DNA of 58,743 nt, the filler included, from Dimargaris cristalligena (Eukaryota), in the NCBI GenBank assembly GCA_003614675.1. It is 6 parts of 6 records of this genome, joined end to end, with 100 filler letters (N's around TTAATTAATTAA, not from the genome) between each part and the next. Parts side by side here need not be neighbours in the genome. Positions count along the whole stretch, not along the records: positions 19,637 to 29,345 come from ML003243.1; positions 29,446 to 39,151 come from ML003244.1; 4 more parts are not named here. One strand, written 5' to 3'. The notes under the pieces were generated by a model. It was not told the origin of the DNA. It saw only the letters and a list, made by a program, of their open reading frames with translations, and searched no databases. Positions 25,052-38,062 of the stretch are shown here, one piece after another. The translations under genes and the position numbers were made by a program. How positions within the stretch are numbered: position 1 is the first letter of the stretch; every line of letters starts with the position of its first letter.

Positions 25052-28000
25052 ATGCCCCGTCAGTACCGTGTTCGACCTACCCAAAACGACCCCGAATCGC
25101 CAGGGTCGAAGCCCGCCAATTCGGAGAATGACCTACCTGCTGAACTCTCCCAACTCCGAATTGGCTGGGCTCGACCGGAAAAGCATTTGGCCAGCGAACG
25201 ACTGAGTTTCTGGGATGAAGACGAGGCCTTTAACGATGAGGTAAGATAAGCACGACTTCCCTTCTTTCCATAGTGTAGGGAAAAGAAAACGGAGTGTGTA
25301 TTAACGGCCTGGTTGGTACGTAACCCCGGGCGGTACATACTATGGGATTGGGTATTTGTCCCGTTCATAAGTAGTTATTCAAGCAAATTCGAGAAAGATT
25401 ATCGGTATTGCCGACAAATGCAGTGTTTCACAGGTTTAATTTTGATTTTTCTTAGTATTATTATTAGCAGATATTACATTTAAATTCGTACGAAATACTG
25501 AACGCCAGATAATATATTGGGCCCTTTCTTTGATGGTATGTGGAATTGGATTTAAAACCAGTTAATTACATCTAGAGCCCAGCTTCGAAACCCCGGGCGA
25601 GCGGATAAGTCCCCAGCAGCGATTCGGACCCCGCCTATTACATCGGTCGTAGCCGCCACTGAGTCCGATTTGACGCCCACGGTACCTGCCCCGACGGCGG
25701 ACCTGACCATTCCCCATATTGATTTCGCAGATCACCATCCCGTGGCTATACACACGCTGGGATCGAAGGGCCGGGGTCTATTGGCCACACGTTCCATTGC
25801 CGCCGGTAGGTTAGATAATTGCCGGCAAAACCCCTCACGGTTAAGTCGACCATCCTCACTTATCCCGGGATCCTTTCCAAACGCCCTTCCTATCAACCTG
25901 TCCCTATACTTTAATCTACAACCCCTCGCATTCAATCATTTATTTTCATGCAACTGTATACTCCTATTTTGTTAGGCAAGCTCGTCCTGGAAGAGGAGGC
26001 GGTGGTCTCGGCGATTAAATCGCGACTGCTTAGCTCGCGCTGTAGCTACTGTGGAGAGGAACCGGCCAAACTCCAGCGGTGCGCAGCGTGCAAGACGATG
26101 CACTATTGTTCAAAGGTACATATTTTACGCGAGTGCGAATATTACCTGTATACTAACCGTCCCCCGCCGGTTACTTACTTTATATCTCCGGTATTAAATA
26201 TTGATTGGTTGCATTATCCTTATCACCCGTTTGCCTTTATTCTCCATTGAATTATTTCGTAATTTACTATTTCGCAGAACTGTCAATCCATGGACTGGCC
26301 TGACCATCGGCAAGAGTGCCGAATCATTCGTGAGCAGCCCAGACTGCTACCCGAATCCGTGCGCCTACTCCATCGATTGCTCCGCCGCATACTAGTCCAA
26401 CCAGAAATTGTAAGCCCCTTTTCCTGTATATAATGCCTCAACCGGGTTACTCATGATGTACTCAATTATTCCCATCAATCACAGGCAGTTTCCCTAGACC
26501 TCTTAACCAACCATTTCTCTCTGACGACCAAAATCTGAAACTACACAAACAGTTAAACCTCGTAAGCCCGTTGCTGTCTCGTAAGTATACCTACCTATTA
26601 GTAACCTCTACCCAAATCTAGAATGGCCGTGAAATCCCTGTTCACGCTAGCTCACTTCGTCCGGGAAACACGATGAATATCATATTTTGCTAAGTACTAA
26701 CTATTCCAATGGCATCTGCTGCATTTACAGACATTTCCGCTGCGGATCCGGGGGACATGGAGTTCGCCGGACAAATGACTGCCGCAACTATGAAGCTATT
26801 CGGCGACAGCAGCAAACTTGACGCTAAGCAATGCCTAACGACATGGTTTATGGTAACTTACCTTTGGTTCATTATTCATCTTAACCACCGCCCTTTATGG
26901 TCTATATATACTATATCCGGTTTAGAATAGTAGGGATGTACATGGCCTACTATAACCCCGTCACTTATGAACCAAGTTTATCAATGTACCCCCATCCCCT
27001 TGTTATAATGCCCCTAGTTAAATGCCAACGCCTTTGGTTGGATCAACGTCGACCTGGTGCCGTTCGGGACCGCGTTCCTACCTCGCATCTCGTATATTAA
27101 CCACGATTGCAATCCTAACTGCGCCTATTTTTTTATTCGCCGACGGGCCCAACTCCGAGCGCTGCGCCCCATCGCCAAGGGCGAAGAGGTAATTCTAGGT
27201 CCAGGTTTAACCGACTCGGTGAATTTCCCCAAATTAGAAATATATATATATATGGACCAATTCCCCTCGAGGTATAGCATCCATTTTCTCCTGCGTAACT
27301 GGACTTGCACTGATGGAGTTTCCCTATACTAGGCCCATGTATGTTCCTATATTGTCCACGAATAGATAACCATCAGTTATGTGGATCCTGTTGACCCCAC
27401 TAACTGGCGACAGGAAAAATTGTTAACCAACTACTATTTTGACTGTCGGTGTAAGCTCTGCACATCATCCCAAAATGAGGTAGGGTATACCTATAATTAT
27501 TGAATTATCTATTAGCCGTGACTCTAAAAATTGTTTGCGGATAGTTACCCATTCCAACGAGTTTAATTTATCATTCAGAAATACTTCACCCGCGTACCTA
27601 CCCTGTCCCTAACGCTCTGTTACATTACGCCTGTTGCTAGGTTAACTCTCTCAAATCCGCTTTTCGATGTGCCAAACCCGCCTGCCGAGGCAGGGTGTCC
27701 GTAGATATCAAACGTAAGAATTTTTTTGACTAGACGGGGTGGCATTAATGATGTATAATCTATAGTACAATGTAGATTTTTTGTGCTATATGCTGACTAA
27801 CTTACTCTATTTTCACGGGTGACGCTTACAACTTGTTGTTTTTCTTCTTTAATTAATAGATAACCAGCCCGACAACCCGTACACCTTTAAAATTCACCCG
27901 TGCTCCCAGTGTCAAACCAAATGGTCTATTGTTGACCTCATCGACGTCAATAAGTGGGGTGCCGCTATAAAGCATCTGCACCAGGATTCCCTTGATCCAA

Positions 28001-28617
28001 CACCAGGTAAATTACTTTACTCAAATCAAAAGGCCTTGTATCTGCAAGGTAGAGCGGCTGGTCTATTAATATAACCAAACTCCTATCTTCTTGGGTGCCC
28101 CTGATTTAATAGATACCGCAATATATATATATATGCATTCATTGTCACACTTTTGGTATACTGCCCAGGTACTCGTCAGTTCGTCGAGAAGGCCCGTGAG
28201 GTATACCAAATTATGGATAGTTACCTCCATCCCTCCCACCATCTAGCCGTCGGTGCTACTCGAGACTACCTGATGGCCTGTATTATATACCAGGCCTCTC
28301 TCGGTGATAATAATGATGATGGTGCTGGTGGAGGTTTCGCTTTCGAAGTGGCGAAACTGTCCCTGCGCCTGGAACAAGCTCTAGAGATTATTCTACCTAG
28401 TACCGCAATTCAGATTGCCAGTCAAGCCTTTTGTACCGCCCGTGCCCTAATTGCCCAATCGGAACCGCCAACGAACTCCCGGTTAGACGGCGACCAGCTA
28501 GCGCACCTCCAGCGGGGCGTACAACGTTTGCGAAATACCTTCGGAGCAGCCAGCGACTCCTACCTGGAAATCAGTGAGGCCGTGGCGATTTACCTCCATG
28601 AGACGCACAAACATTAG
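25052..28617 (+). CDS. SET and MYND domain lysine methyltransferase (SMYD family), about 12 exons, with an apparent frameshift near 26520
   Basis: Spliced motifs KGRGLLATRSI, MYND CSYC...RCAACKTMHYCSK|NCQSMDWPDHRQEC, NANAFG, SYINHDCNPNC, GEE|ITISYVD and post-SET YYFDCRCKLC, plus a helical C-terminal exon. Intron phases agree except in the exon starting at 26485. Confidence 0.88.
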
Positions 28618-29040
28618 AATTGATAGGGAAACCCAACTGATCTGGCTTGGGAATTGATTAAGGTTGATTCATGGTTGTTGTTCTTTTGTATAAAAGTGAG
28701 CATATATAAAATGTCCGACATTTGTATCAGATAAGCAGTGTAGAAATCTAATGACTGAGAATCCGCGAAAATGTCGACCCTAAGTTGTTTTAACCTAATT
28801 GACCAGATGCTCTGTATATTAAAATCTACAGAGTCATACTGAATATAAAACAATCCAGAACGGAAATACTATACATCCATTGGTCGAATCAGGTATAACT
28901 TAAACAATCTAGCTGAGGTGATGGTTGAAATAAAAATGCCCGGAGGGACGCCTGACTGTTAATAAACCCAGTTTGTGGGACGCATTTTACCAGGTCACAA
29001 AGAAAAAAACAATGACCAACCAGTGTGATCCAAAAAATAA

Positions 29041-29115
29041 TGCCTCATACAGGGATCGAACCTGTGACCTTCGCGTTATTAGCACGACGCTCTAAACCAA
29101 CTGAGCTAATAAGGC
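29041..29115 (-). tRNA. tRNA-Ile(AAT)
   Basis: Reverse complement GCCTTATTAGCTCAGTTGGTTTAGAGCGTCGTGCTAATAACGCGAAGGTCACAGGTTCGATCCCTGTATGAGGCA has an AAT anticodon and A and B boxes, with a T6 terminator. Confidence 0.95.
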
Positions 29116-29345
29116 ATCTTGTATGTTGTGGTAGGACCTGAGACTACTTAGTTAATCGTAGTATTCCTTTTTTTTTCAATCACATTCTATTTTTATATCC
29201 TTTTATCAACGAAGTCTTGATTTATTATTTTATAACCTTGCAATATCATAGCAAGTGAGAAACACATCAAATATCATTCGCATTTATATTTGATATCATC
29301 ATTAGCCAGATATATTCGTAAACTCCTCATTATTTATCAATTCAA

Positions 29346-29445
29346 NNNNNNNNNNNNNNNNNNNNNNNNNNNNNNNNNNNNNNNNNNNNTTAATTAATTA
29401 ANNNNNNNNNNNNNNNNNNNNNNNNNNNNNNNNNNNNNNNNNNNN
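29346..29445. other. Artificial contig spacer
   Basis: N44-TTAATTAATTAA-N44. Confidence 0.98.
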
Positions 29446-31861
29446 GGGGGCCCCCATTTCAGATCCTCCTAGACCAACGGTCATTACGAGGTATTGTGAT
29501 ACAGGGATATTGACTGACTTGAGAAGGGCGTGCCTTACGGTCAACGTGAAAGTCGAACGTTAATCCTCTGATAACTAAACCCCGACTACTCCTTCAATTA
29601 TGATTATTTAACTCATTGACTGATTAGTTGCTAATGCAGCTTGTACGTTGCTAAAGAGGCTTCCGACTAGAAGAGTTGGTTCTAACGTGTTTTTGTATAT
29701 ATTATTTTACATTATAACGCTTTCTAATGCTCAATTATTGTTTGGCTCATCAGTCGAAACCGCATTCATGTCACCATTCCCCGAAGGCTCACAACTAGTT
29801 CAAGGCCCGCGAAGGCTCTACCTGAAGACATATTTAATCGTCATGCCGGGTGGCTGGGCCCCACCGATTGAGGAGTAAATTAGAGTGAATATTCGCGACG
29901 AGCCTCAGTATAGTGTTAGGGATATACAAAGTCCGGCTACCAACTTGCTTAAGAGGAGGTCAATTCGAAAAAAAACAACAACAATATTATAGAGAGAGTG
30001 TCCTGTTTTCAGGCGTTGGATGTAGGCACATTTCCGGACTTGCGAGTGACTTTCTATAATTGTAGCTCCAGTCATCGCAACTTTGGGTCTATGACTGGAG
30101 TACCATCCCCCTCCCTGTTGTAGTATTACGATATCAGGACATTGTAGGGGCAGTATGGTGGCCCGGCAAAGATGGGTATAGTCTGGATAGGGACTGTGGT
30201 AGACGAGGCAGTGAGTGGGGTTTGGTGGGCCGTGAGAGCCGAAATGTGCAAGGCTGGATCGGCCAACAGGAAGCACAAAAATAACCTTGGCTATTGTCAA
30301 AAAACGATACCGGGAAACCCCTATATTGATGGAGTAAGACGTGAATGGCGTAGACAATCATGTATAATTGCCAATGCATTTGGCGCACAACGCAATTGAT
30401 GGCCATTGATTCAAGTATCTTTTAACGGTGTAAAATGGCCAGGATGAATTGGCTTTTGAGCATGTTATAATAGAATTGCAACTGGGGAAGGGGTGCATAT
30501 TTCCCGAATTGTACACCTACGGAGGTAAATCCCGGGCAATAAAGTCGTCAGCTGATGCGGCTGGGTGGAATAGGGTAAATACCACGCCAAGTTAGCGTTT
30601 ATAAAAAGACTGCCGCGGAATTCAATCGCCGATAGAAAAGGTATGTCCAATTTAGTGAAAGTGGAGGGCATTGGATAAGAAGGGGGGTGCGAGGCCACCC
30701 CTAATTACGGCTCAGCATAGGCATATTCAGGACTATTCAGGTATAACGAGTGGTCCGTCTCATATCGCCAACTAGTATCTATTCCACCATGCTCTCTAAC
30801 TATTAACCGACTCCCGACTTTCACCCCAATCACTGTACAAATATGGACGACGCGATAGCCGAAGGACAAATGTGTAATGCACACCATGGCTAAAAACTAT
30901 ATATTTTAATGCATTTGGAAACAGAGCAGAGCCTCTGGCACACTCGTCTAGAAGCCGCATTCTCCAAGTAATAGTTTAAGTCCTTTTGTAGGGAGGAGTT
31001 AACACCGCCCCCCTATCATTCTGCTTAATAGTGGGTCATCCTTGCGGTACGTCCATGTCACCCTGCCCGGATTTGGAAGGGCAAAACAGGCCTTACCCGA
31101 CTCATATCGCTCGAACACCCTCCCTACCACTATGCATAATTATTAAGTGGGATTATAGTCCACGTCGAATAAGCATAACATAAATCAATCCTACCGGGTC
31201 AAGTTATTTACCTCTACCCCAACCAGTTCCTGGCATTCATTCCCACCGCCCCCAAACTGTAGTTTATTTCCATTGAACAGTTACCCAACCGTCCTATACA
31301 AACCTGTTGAAACAGTAGTAGGAAAAGGGGGCTTGGGGATCCGCCTTTCCGCATAAGAACTCGTTATAATTCCAAGTCGCAGCGGAGCCTGGCGGTTCGG
31401 ATGCCCTACACGCATGGAGTCCAATTGGTGGATTGTATGTGCCGTACATCCAGGGGGAGGGATGCCATGACATTGTAAGTGTTGCTATAGATAAAAAGGT
31501 TTGGTTATTTAAATAAATCAAAAAGAAATATATATGAAAATGGCGGATCAGGGGAAAATATACATTTAGGAGCCACCTTCCCCCCTGAATCTATAGTGTA
31601 AAACCCTCCCACGGGCCACTAATATCCTGTACTCATAGGAGTGTATGTAGAGTGGAATTGCCCTAAAATACCACACCGTTTAACCCGGCTCAGGCCACAC
31701 CGGCCATCATAGTCTCGGTTGAGCCTCGCCAACCGGCAGGCCAAACCAAGGTCAGTCGAATTATTATGAATAAAAAAAGTATTTATACACACCACTTGTC
31801 CTACCTGGGTTTCACTATCGTCTTCACCATAATTCAATAGTATAATTACTTACTTTGAGAA

Positions 31862-33915
31862 ATGAATCCCGCCATCTTTGTTAAACCATTCTTGTTCTGG
31901 CCCACCACCATTGGTGTCCAATATGCCAGACAGGTAAGTATTTATTTTTTGTTATACTACTGTCATTGATATAATTTATTATCAATTACTATTACTGATA
32001 CTGCATTTATTGAATTATTGGCACTAATCTTGTATGCCTCTAACTATTATACATAATAACTCTAGGTCCTAATCGTCGATCTAATGGCTCGCCTATTCGT
32101 TGCCGGGTATTTACACCTGGAAAAGAAGACCAAAGAGTCCCCGGCCGTCAAATACTTATCGGGCGTTCAATTTCCACCTGTCATCAAATATCTGCTAGCC
32201 GGTAAATCACCGTTGCTGATCGAGTGGCCATTGCCCATCGAATCACCACTGCCGGCTGTTGAAGCATTGTTGTCGCCCATTGAATCATTGCTGCCACCAG
32301 TTGAATCATCCCTGCTGGCCATTGAATTGATGCCACCTGTTGAATACCAGCCGGTAATCAAGGACCTGCCACCGACCAAAATCCTGTCAGCTGCTGAGCC
32401 CCAACTGGCAACTGATTCCCTGCTGCCTGTTGAATACCAGCCGGCAATTGAGTGCCTGCCACCGACCGAAATACTGTCAGCTGCTGAACCCCAACTGGAA
32501 ACTGGTTCTCTGCTTGTTTACAAAGCCCCCGAAATGGAGGGCGGGCCGTTGTACCCAGCCCCCCTCTGTTGGTTTGACGAGCGATATCCCTGCCCTGGAA
32601 TCGGACAGTTCCCCTTGTACCGAGTCTCTCTTCTTGGGTTGCCTTTTCAATGAATCCCAGCCGGTTTCCAAATCCACTGAATTGGAGTGCGAGCCATTGG
32701 TTCCAACCCCCTCTGTTGACTCGCAAAGTAATATCCCTGGCACTGGTAAACCCCGGGTCATTGCCAGATCATCGATTATCACCCCCTCTCGCTTGCCGGT
32801 ACCTGTCCGCAAATGGAAGAGCGCATTCCCGGCCCTGAATTTATCAGTTCAGTCGGACCGGATTAACCAGGGTGTCAGTGGTGTTAAGTGCCAGCCCCAA
32901 CCAGCCATCACTCTCCAAGCCCAAACTGTGATCAAGCAGTCCGCACCATGCACTGGAAACCAAAGCCGCTTGCCGAAGCCATCAGTCCCTCGGCAAAACT
33001 GGATTGGTCCGTCCACCGACTCCTGCCCTGCCCGTCAAGTAGTGCCAACGCCAACACCGACTACAACTGGAAACAGGAGCCGTATAACAAAACCACCGGT
33101 CCCCCGGCAAACCCGGGCCGGTTCATCCACTGACCCCCACCCTGTCCAGCAAGTAGCGCTGACACCGACTACAGCTGGATATCGAAGCCGCATTACAAAA
33201 CCACTGGTCCCCCGGCAAACCCAGGCCGGTCCGTCCACTGCCCCTCACCCTGTCCAGCAAGAGGCACTGACACCGACTACAGCTGGAAACCGAAGCCGCA
33301 TAACGAAGCTACCAGTGCCCCGGCAAACCCGGGCTGGTTCGTCAACCAAGCCCCACCCTGCCCAGCAATCAGCACCGACAAACCCGGGCTGGTTCGTCAA
33401 CCAAGCCCCACCCTGCCCAGCAATCAGTACTGACACCAACACTGACTACAACTGAAGATCGAGGCAGTATATCAAAGCCACCAGTCCCCCAGCAATCTCA
33501 GACCAGTCCGTCCACTGACCCCCACCCTACCCAGCAAGTAGTGCCGACACCAACTACAGCTGGATATCGAAACCACGTTACAAAACCGCCGGTCCCCCAG
33601 CAAAACCGGCTCGAGTCAACCACCAAACCGCTCCTATCTAAGCGAGTGACTGCAGCTGGCATTGTAAAACAGGACCGTGTGACAAAACCACTGGTCCCCC
33701 AGCCAAACCGGGTTACCAGACTGACCATGGAAACGCGGACCATATCACCCTGTGTATCTGTTATCAAGTTACGCCAGGCATTGCCCTCAAAGTCCAAGTA
33801 TCGCATGCTTGCTAGTCTTCTTGAGGGCATGTGCATTGGGATTGTTGGCGAGTTACCTCCCCCGGTAATTCCGGTTGTTTACGGGGGTGGACGGGTCGGC
33901 ACCAAGACCACGTAG
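31862..33915 (+). pseudogene. Pro/Thr/Arg-rich tandem-repeat protein gene with at least two frameshifts
   Basis: Exon 31862-31933 splices (GTAAGT...TAG) in frame to 32066 and the 32084 ORF. It has 90-nt repeats (32336, 32426) and 108-nt repeats (33054, 33162, 33270, about 33439, 33547). There is a frame change between the 32084 and 32430 ORFs and another from a 55-nt duplication (33324/33379). Confidence 0.6.
32940..33720 (+). repeat. Coding minisatellite, 108-nt unit (TPTTAGNRSRITKPPVPRQTRAGSSTDPHPVQQVAL), about 6-7 copies
   Basis: Unit starts acaccgactaca at 33054, 33162 and 33270, an exact 108-nt period. Confidence 0.9.
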
Positions 33916-34189
33916 GCCTTGAGCATTGCAAATCAAAAACCACCTGTATGGGATTACCACCCAGGAGAACTCACCGGGGACTTCCCATTATTTTACCAGA
34001 GAGTTGATTGAATTTGTGACTATTATCTATTTTTTTTCTAACTAATTATCAAATTCCGTCAATTGAGTCGAATGCACTTGGGGGGTGGTCTCTGGCCAGG
34101 ATCACCTTCTGAGTGTTTCCATTCTACTGGCCGGACATTTATTACTCTACCTACTTGCTATCTTTTTTTTTTTGCACTCCATCCACCGA

Positions 34190-34494
34190 CCCTTGCTCTG
34201 CCCAGCAATCGGCACCGACCATGAATACCGTTACCAACACCAAGACCGAATACTGACCCCGACTTTGAATACTGACTCTGAATGCTGACACCGATACCGA
34301 CTACACCAACACTGCCACTGACTACACCAACACTAGGCACTGATACCAACGATACCACTGACACCGACTACAACTGCCACCGACGCACATCAATTCCCAT
34401 ACCACCAACACCGCAGATTACAACCGATACTGACTGCTACAGACACCAACAATACCACTGACACTGACTACAACCGACACCAACCCACTGATAC

Positions 34495-34526
<32 letters not shown>

Positions 34527-35015
34527 TACTGCAAAACCCGACATTGACACCACCGACACTGACACACACCGACTACCACTGTATATCAAAGCCACCAGTA
34601 CCCTGGCAAAGCTGGGCCAGTTCATCCACCGACCCCGCCTTTCCCAGCAAGCCACACTGACATCGACGCTGACACTCACCAGATATTGAAGCCATATAAT
34701 GAAGCCGCCGGTCACCCAAGAATTCCGGTTATTTACGGAGATAGACGGGCCAGAAACTATGCCATGTAGGCGTCTAATATCGTGAGCAAACCCCACCCCT
34801 TTGGGATTACTGCCCAGGACCACTTGCCGGGGACTCTCCATTATTTTACTGGGAATTAATTTGATTTTGCGATTATTATCCTTTATTTTTCCAATTATTT
34901 ATCTAACTCTGATAATTGAATCGAATGCACTTGGGACGTGGTCTCTGGCCAGGATCACCTTCTGAGCGCTTCCAATCTTTTAGCCTAACATTTATTACTC
35001 TACCTACTTGCTAGC
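34190..35015 (+). repeat. Diverged tandem duplicate of the 3' part of the repeat gene with (ACACCG)n expansion
   Basis: 34800-35012 aligns with 33950-34160 (shared tcgaatgcacttgg...tggtctctggccaggatcaccttctgag...catttattactctacctacttgcta). A degenerate 108-nt unit lies at 34580-34720 and ACACCG hexamers at about 34490-34525. Confidence 0.8.
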
Positions 35016-36805
35016 TTTTTTTTGTGGTCCATCATCTGAATTGGATGTTCTCTTAGAGCGGTCTCTGGCCAGTATTGCCCTCGGATGTTTCCCCTTATTT
35101 GACTTGGAACTCAGTATAACCCACACTAGCTGCCTTAATCTCTGTTGGGCAATTAACCTAGCCTATTTTTGCATATTGAAGCCCATATCACCTTCCCTAA
35201 TTGTTTTATAGCACTGCCGCCAATCAGTTCAACAGGCATTAACCATTATAGATTGTCTATTGCTTATATTTTGCTGACCCATCATCTAATAAAACCTCAT
35301 TGCCCAAACTAGTTGGATCTTTCTCTTAATGGCGGTATCCAGTATATTATATGCCATACGGTTGCTGAATACTAGGTACCCTCTTTGGTATCGCCAGTTA
35401 CTCGTTCCACTCACTTTTGTACTTGCCCAATTATTAGTATTTGAGTCGCTGAAATTATCTACCAATGAATTATTACTGATTATTATATATATAGTTTATA
35501 ATCTAAAGTTGGGGGTGCTTACGGCACTCGGTCTCTAAATTCTATTAAGTAGGGTAAGCCGCATAGTTAAAGGAGTCGCCAGACGGAGTGTACAATTGTA
35601 ATGCAGCTGAGTGCAAGTAGTTGGAAGGTTAATTAATTGCCTGGTTCCTTTACCGGTTGCAATCCAATTATTACCGCAAAGCACAGCTCCTTTAAGCATA
35701 TACCTTCAATTAATCCCGTCACACCAAATATTCAACAAATACTATCTGATATTTTATCAGTTCTTTTCGCTTTTATCAAAAAACGGCGACAAAAGCCAAC
35801 CATTTGATTATTATATCTGAGGATTATTATTCGAGGTCCAACATCTATGTTCATCCGTCAATCAAAATATTCCATCGTTTTACTTGCCTTTATCAACGTC
35901 AATGCTCGTCTCGTCCATTAACTCCACCCAGAATCGTCCCATTGAGTATAGTCAACAATACCAGAGTTCCAAGCACCTAGCATTTTACCATTCATCTTTT
36001 TCCTTCGCATGTAAAACCCCACAGTTTCGCCGAACTGAGGAACAACCCAGCACCACCAACAATTCAAATACAATCCATCTACAGTTTAAGTCTCGCATAG
36101 TTGTTTATTTTTATACCCCAAGTCCATTATATAATTCATAGTTTTCAATCAAGGCGAAGTTCAAAATAGCCTACTAATGGCTTGGAATCCCATCATTTAT
36201 TGTTATCTAGTTCATTATTATTGATTATTATGGCCAGTCTATTCCATTTTTTAGATTCAAATAAATATGTCTAAAATCTATACCGTGGCGGCCCTTACAT
36301 CCCCTGGCGGATTCCCAATCAATTCGAACCTCCTGCCAAATGACCCGGCTAAAACCCCTTATGACGCAATCCCCGACCCAACCGGTCCACTGGGTCTCGG
36401 CGCAACATAATTACTTAATAGATCGGCTGTACTAAGTTTGATGGGTAGTGTTACGATCAGGTCGAGTAGGACTAGGACCTGCCATGTCAACCGTGTAGGG
36501 TTTCGAGTGGGATGATGACTTAGGTATGAAATATTTAGATATAAGGTTTAATATAGTATTTTAATAAGACATAAGGTTTGCCGGGTGATGTAAATCAATA
36601 TCTAATTTATACCTTGGGCAAATCAATGTAATAATGAGGCCGATAACCATTCCGTGTCCTTTGGATGTTGCAATTATGCTGGGAGAATCAGGTGATCTTG
36701 ACGTCGCTAGTAGGGTCAATTTCTCCCCATGGTTGCAGTAGTAGAATGCAGTGAAGTTTGAGGACTGCAACCTGTATACAGTGTACTAGTTACCAGAGTA
36801 ATACA

Positions 36806-37385
36806 GCTTATCGGCCCTCCTAATCTAACTTAATCCAGACCTAAGGATCACCCATCCTTATTAGGCCTTATAGTACCATAGTAACTCTCCCATAGTTACC
36901 CCTGGTACTATGGGGTCATCATTTATTTTATAACCCCACCCATTTGACCCCAATGCTTCACACCCCAAACACTCAACTTGCTGATCTAAGACTCTTCCAG
37001 TTCCCATGAGAGTCTTCCCAATGCAAAGTTGTCCAGTCTGATTCTTTACTTCTATACCTTAGTCTTAGTAGTATTTCCCCTAGGACCTCCCTCTGGAGCT
37101 GTCCCCACATATAAAACCAGGCCCCACTGAACCTGGTTTAACTCTTCAGCTTATTCTTATCCCTTAGTTTACCTCAATAAACTCTATATATGCACACTCC
37201 CCTGTCTAACTAGTAAGTGTGCCACTACATGTCCCTTGCATTTGTCTGCACTTATCCTTCATTAGATAGTACCAACCCCCCTATCCTAACACTAGTAGCT
37301 GCTTAGCTGAGCCTAAGTCCTACCTACTATTAGAAGCCTACCCCTGGGACTCTTGACAGACTAAGAGTGGTAAACTTGGGTGACA
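36806..37385 (+). mobile_element. LTR-like repeat (putative solo LTR), left arm of an inverted pair
   Basis: About 580 bp, non-coding, with an internal TATAAAA (about 37110), AATAAA (about 37176) and a ...GGTGACA end followed by TCTGGTAT (possible PBS remnant). It is dispersed, with a third fragment at 9975. Confidence 0.6.
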
Positions 37386-37480
37386 TCTGGTATATCTGGT
37401 TCATAATAATTACCTACTTGTCAACACTTTAAAGACTATCTGCAAAATAAATGTACTACTTTTTATGATCTATTATTAGC

Positions 37481-38062
37481 TGTATCACCTAGGTTAACTA
37501 CTCTCAGTCCATCAAGAGTCCTGAGGATAGGCTTCTAATGGTAAGCAGGGCTTAGGCTTAGCCAAGTGGGCTATTAGCATTAGAATGGGGGTGTAGTACT
37601 AACTAATAATGGACAGATGCAGGTAAATGCCAGGGACATGTAGTGGCACACTTACTAGTTAGACAGGGGAGTGTGCATATATAGAGTTTATTGAGGTAAA
37701 CTAAGGGATAAGAATAAGCTGAAGAGTTAAACCAGGTTCAGTGGGGCCTGGTTTTATATGTGGGGACAGCTCCAGAGGGAGGTCCTAGGGGAAATACTAC
37801 TAAGACTAAGGTATAGAAGTAAAGAATCAGACTGGACAACTTTGTATTGGGAAGACTCTCATGGGAACTGGAAGAGTCTTAGATCAGCAAGTTGAGTGTT
37901 TGGGGTGTGAAGCATTGGGGTCAAATGGGTGGGGTTATAAAATAAATGATGACCCCATAGTACCAGGGGTAACTATGGGAGAGTTACTATGGTACTATAA
38001 GGCCTAATAAGGATGGGTGATCCTTAGGTCTGGATTAAGTTAGATTAGGTAGGCCAATACCA
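37481..38062 (-). mobile_element. LTR-like repeat, right arm of the inverted pair
   Basis: Reverse complement of 36806-37385. 37632-38049 matches 36819-37236 with one mismatch seen. Confidence 0.6.

Noticed and set aside
29446..31850. Short ORFs and a signal-peptide-like start near 30463 (minus strand)
   Set aside because: Stops after 13 codons and no coherent gene model could be built.
32940..33720. CRISPR-like array
   Set aside because: Whole 108-nt units are similar with no unique spacers, the period is a codon multiple, there are no cas genes and the context is eukaryotic.
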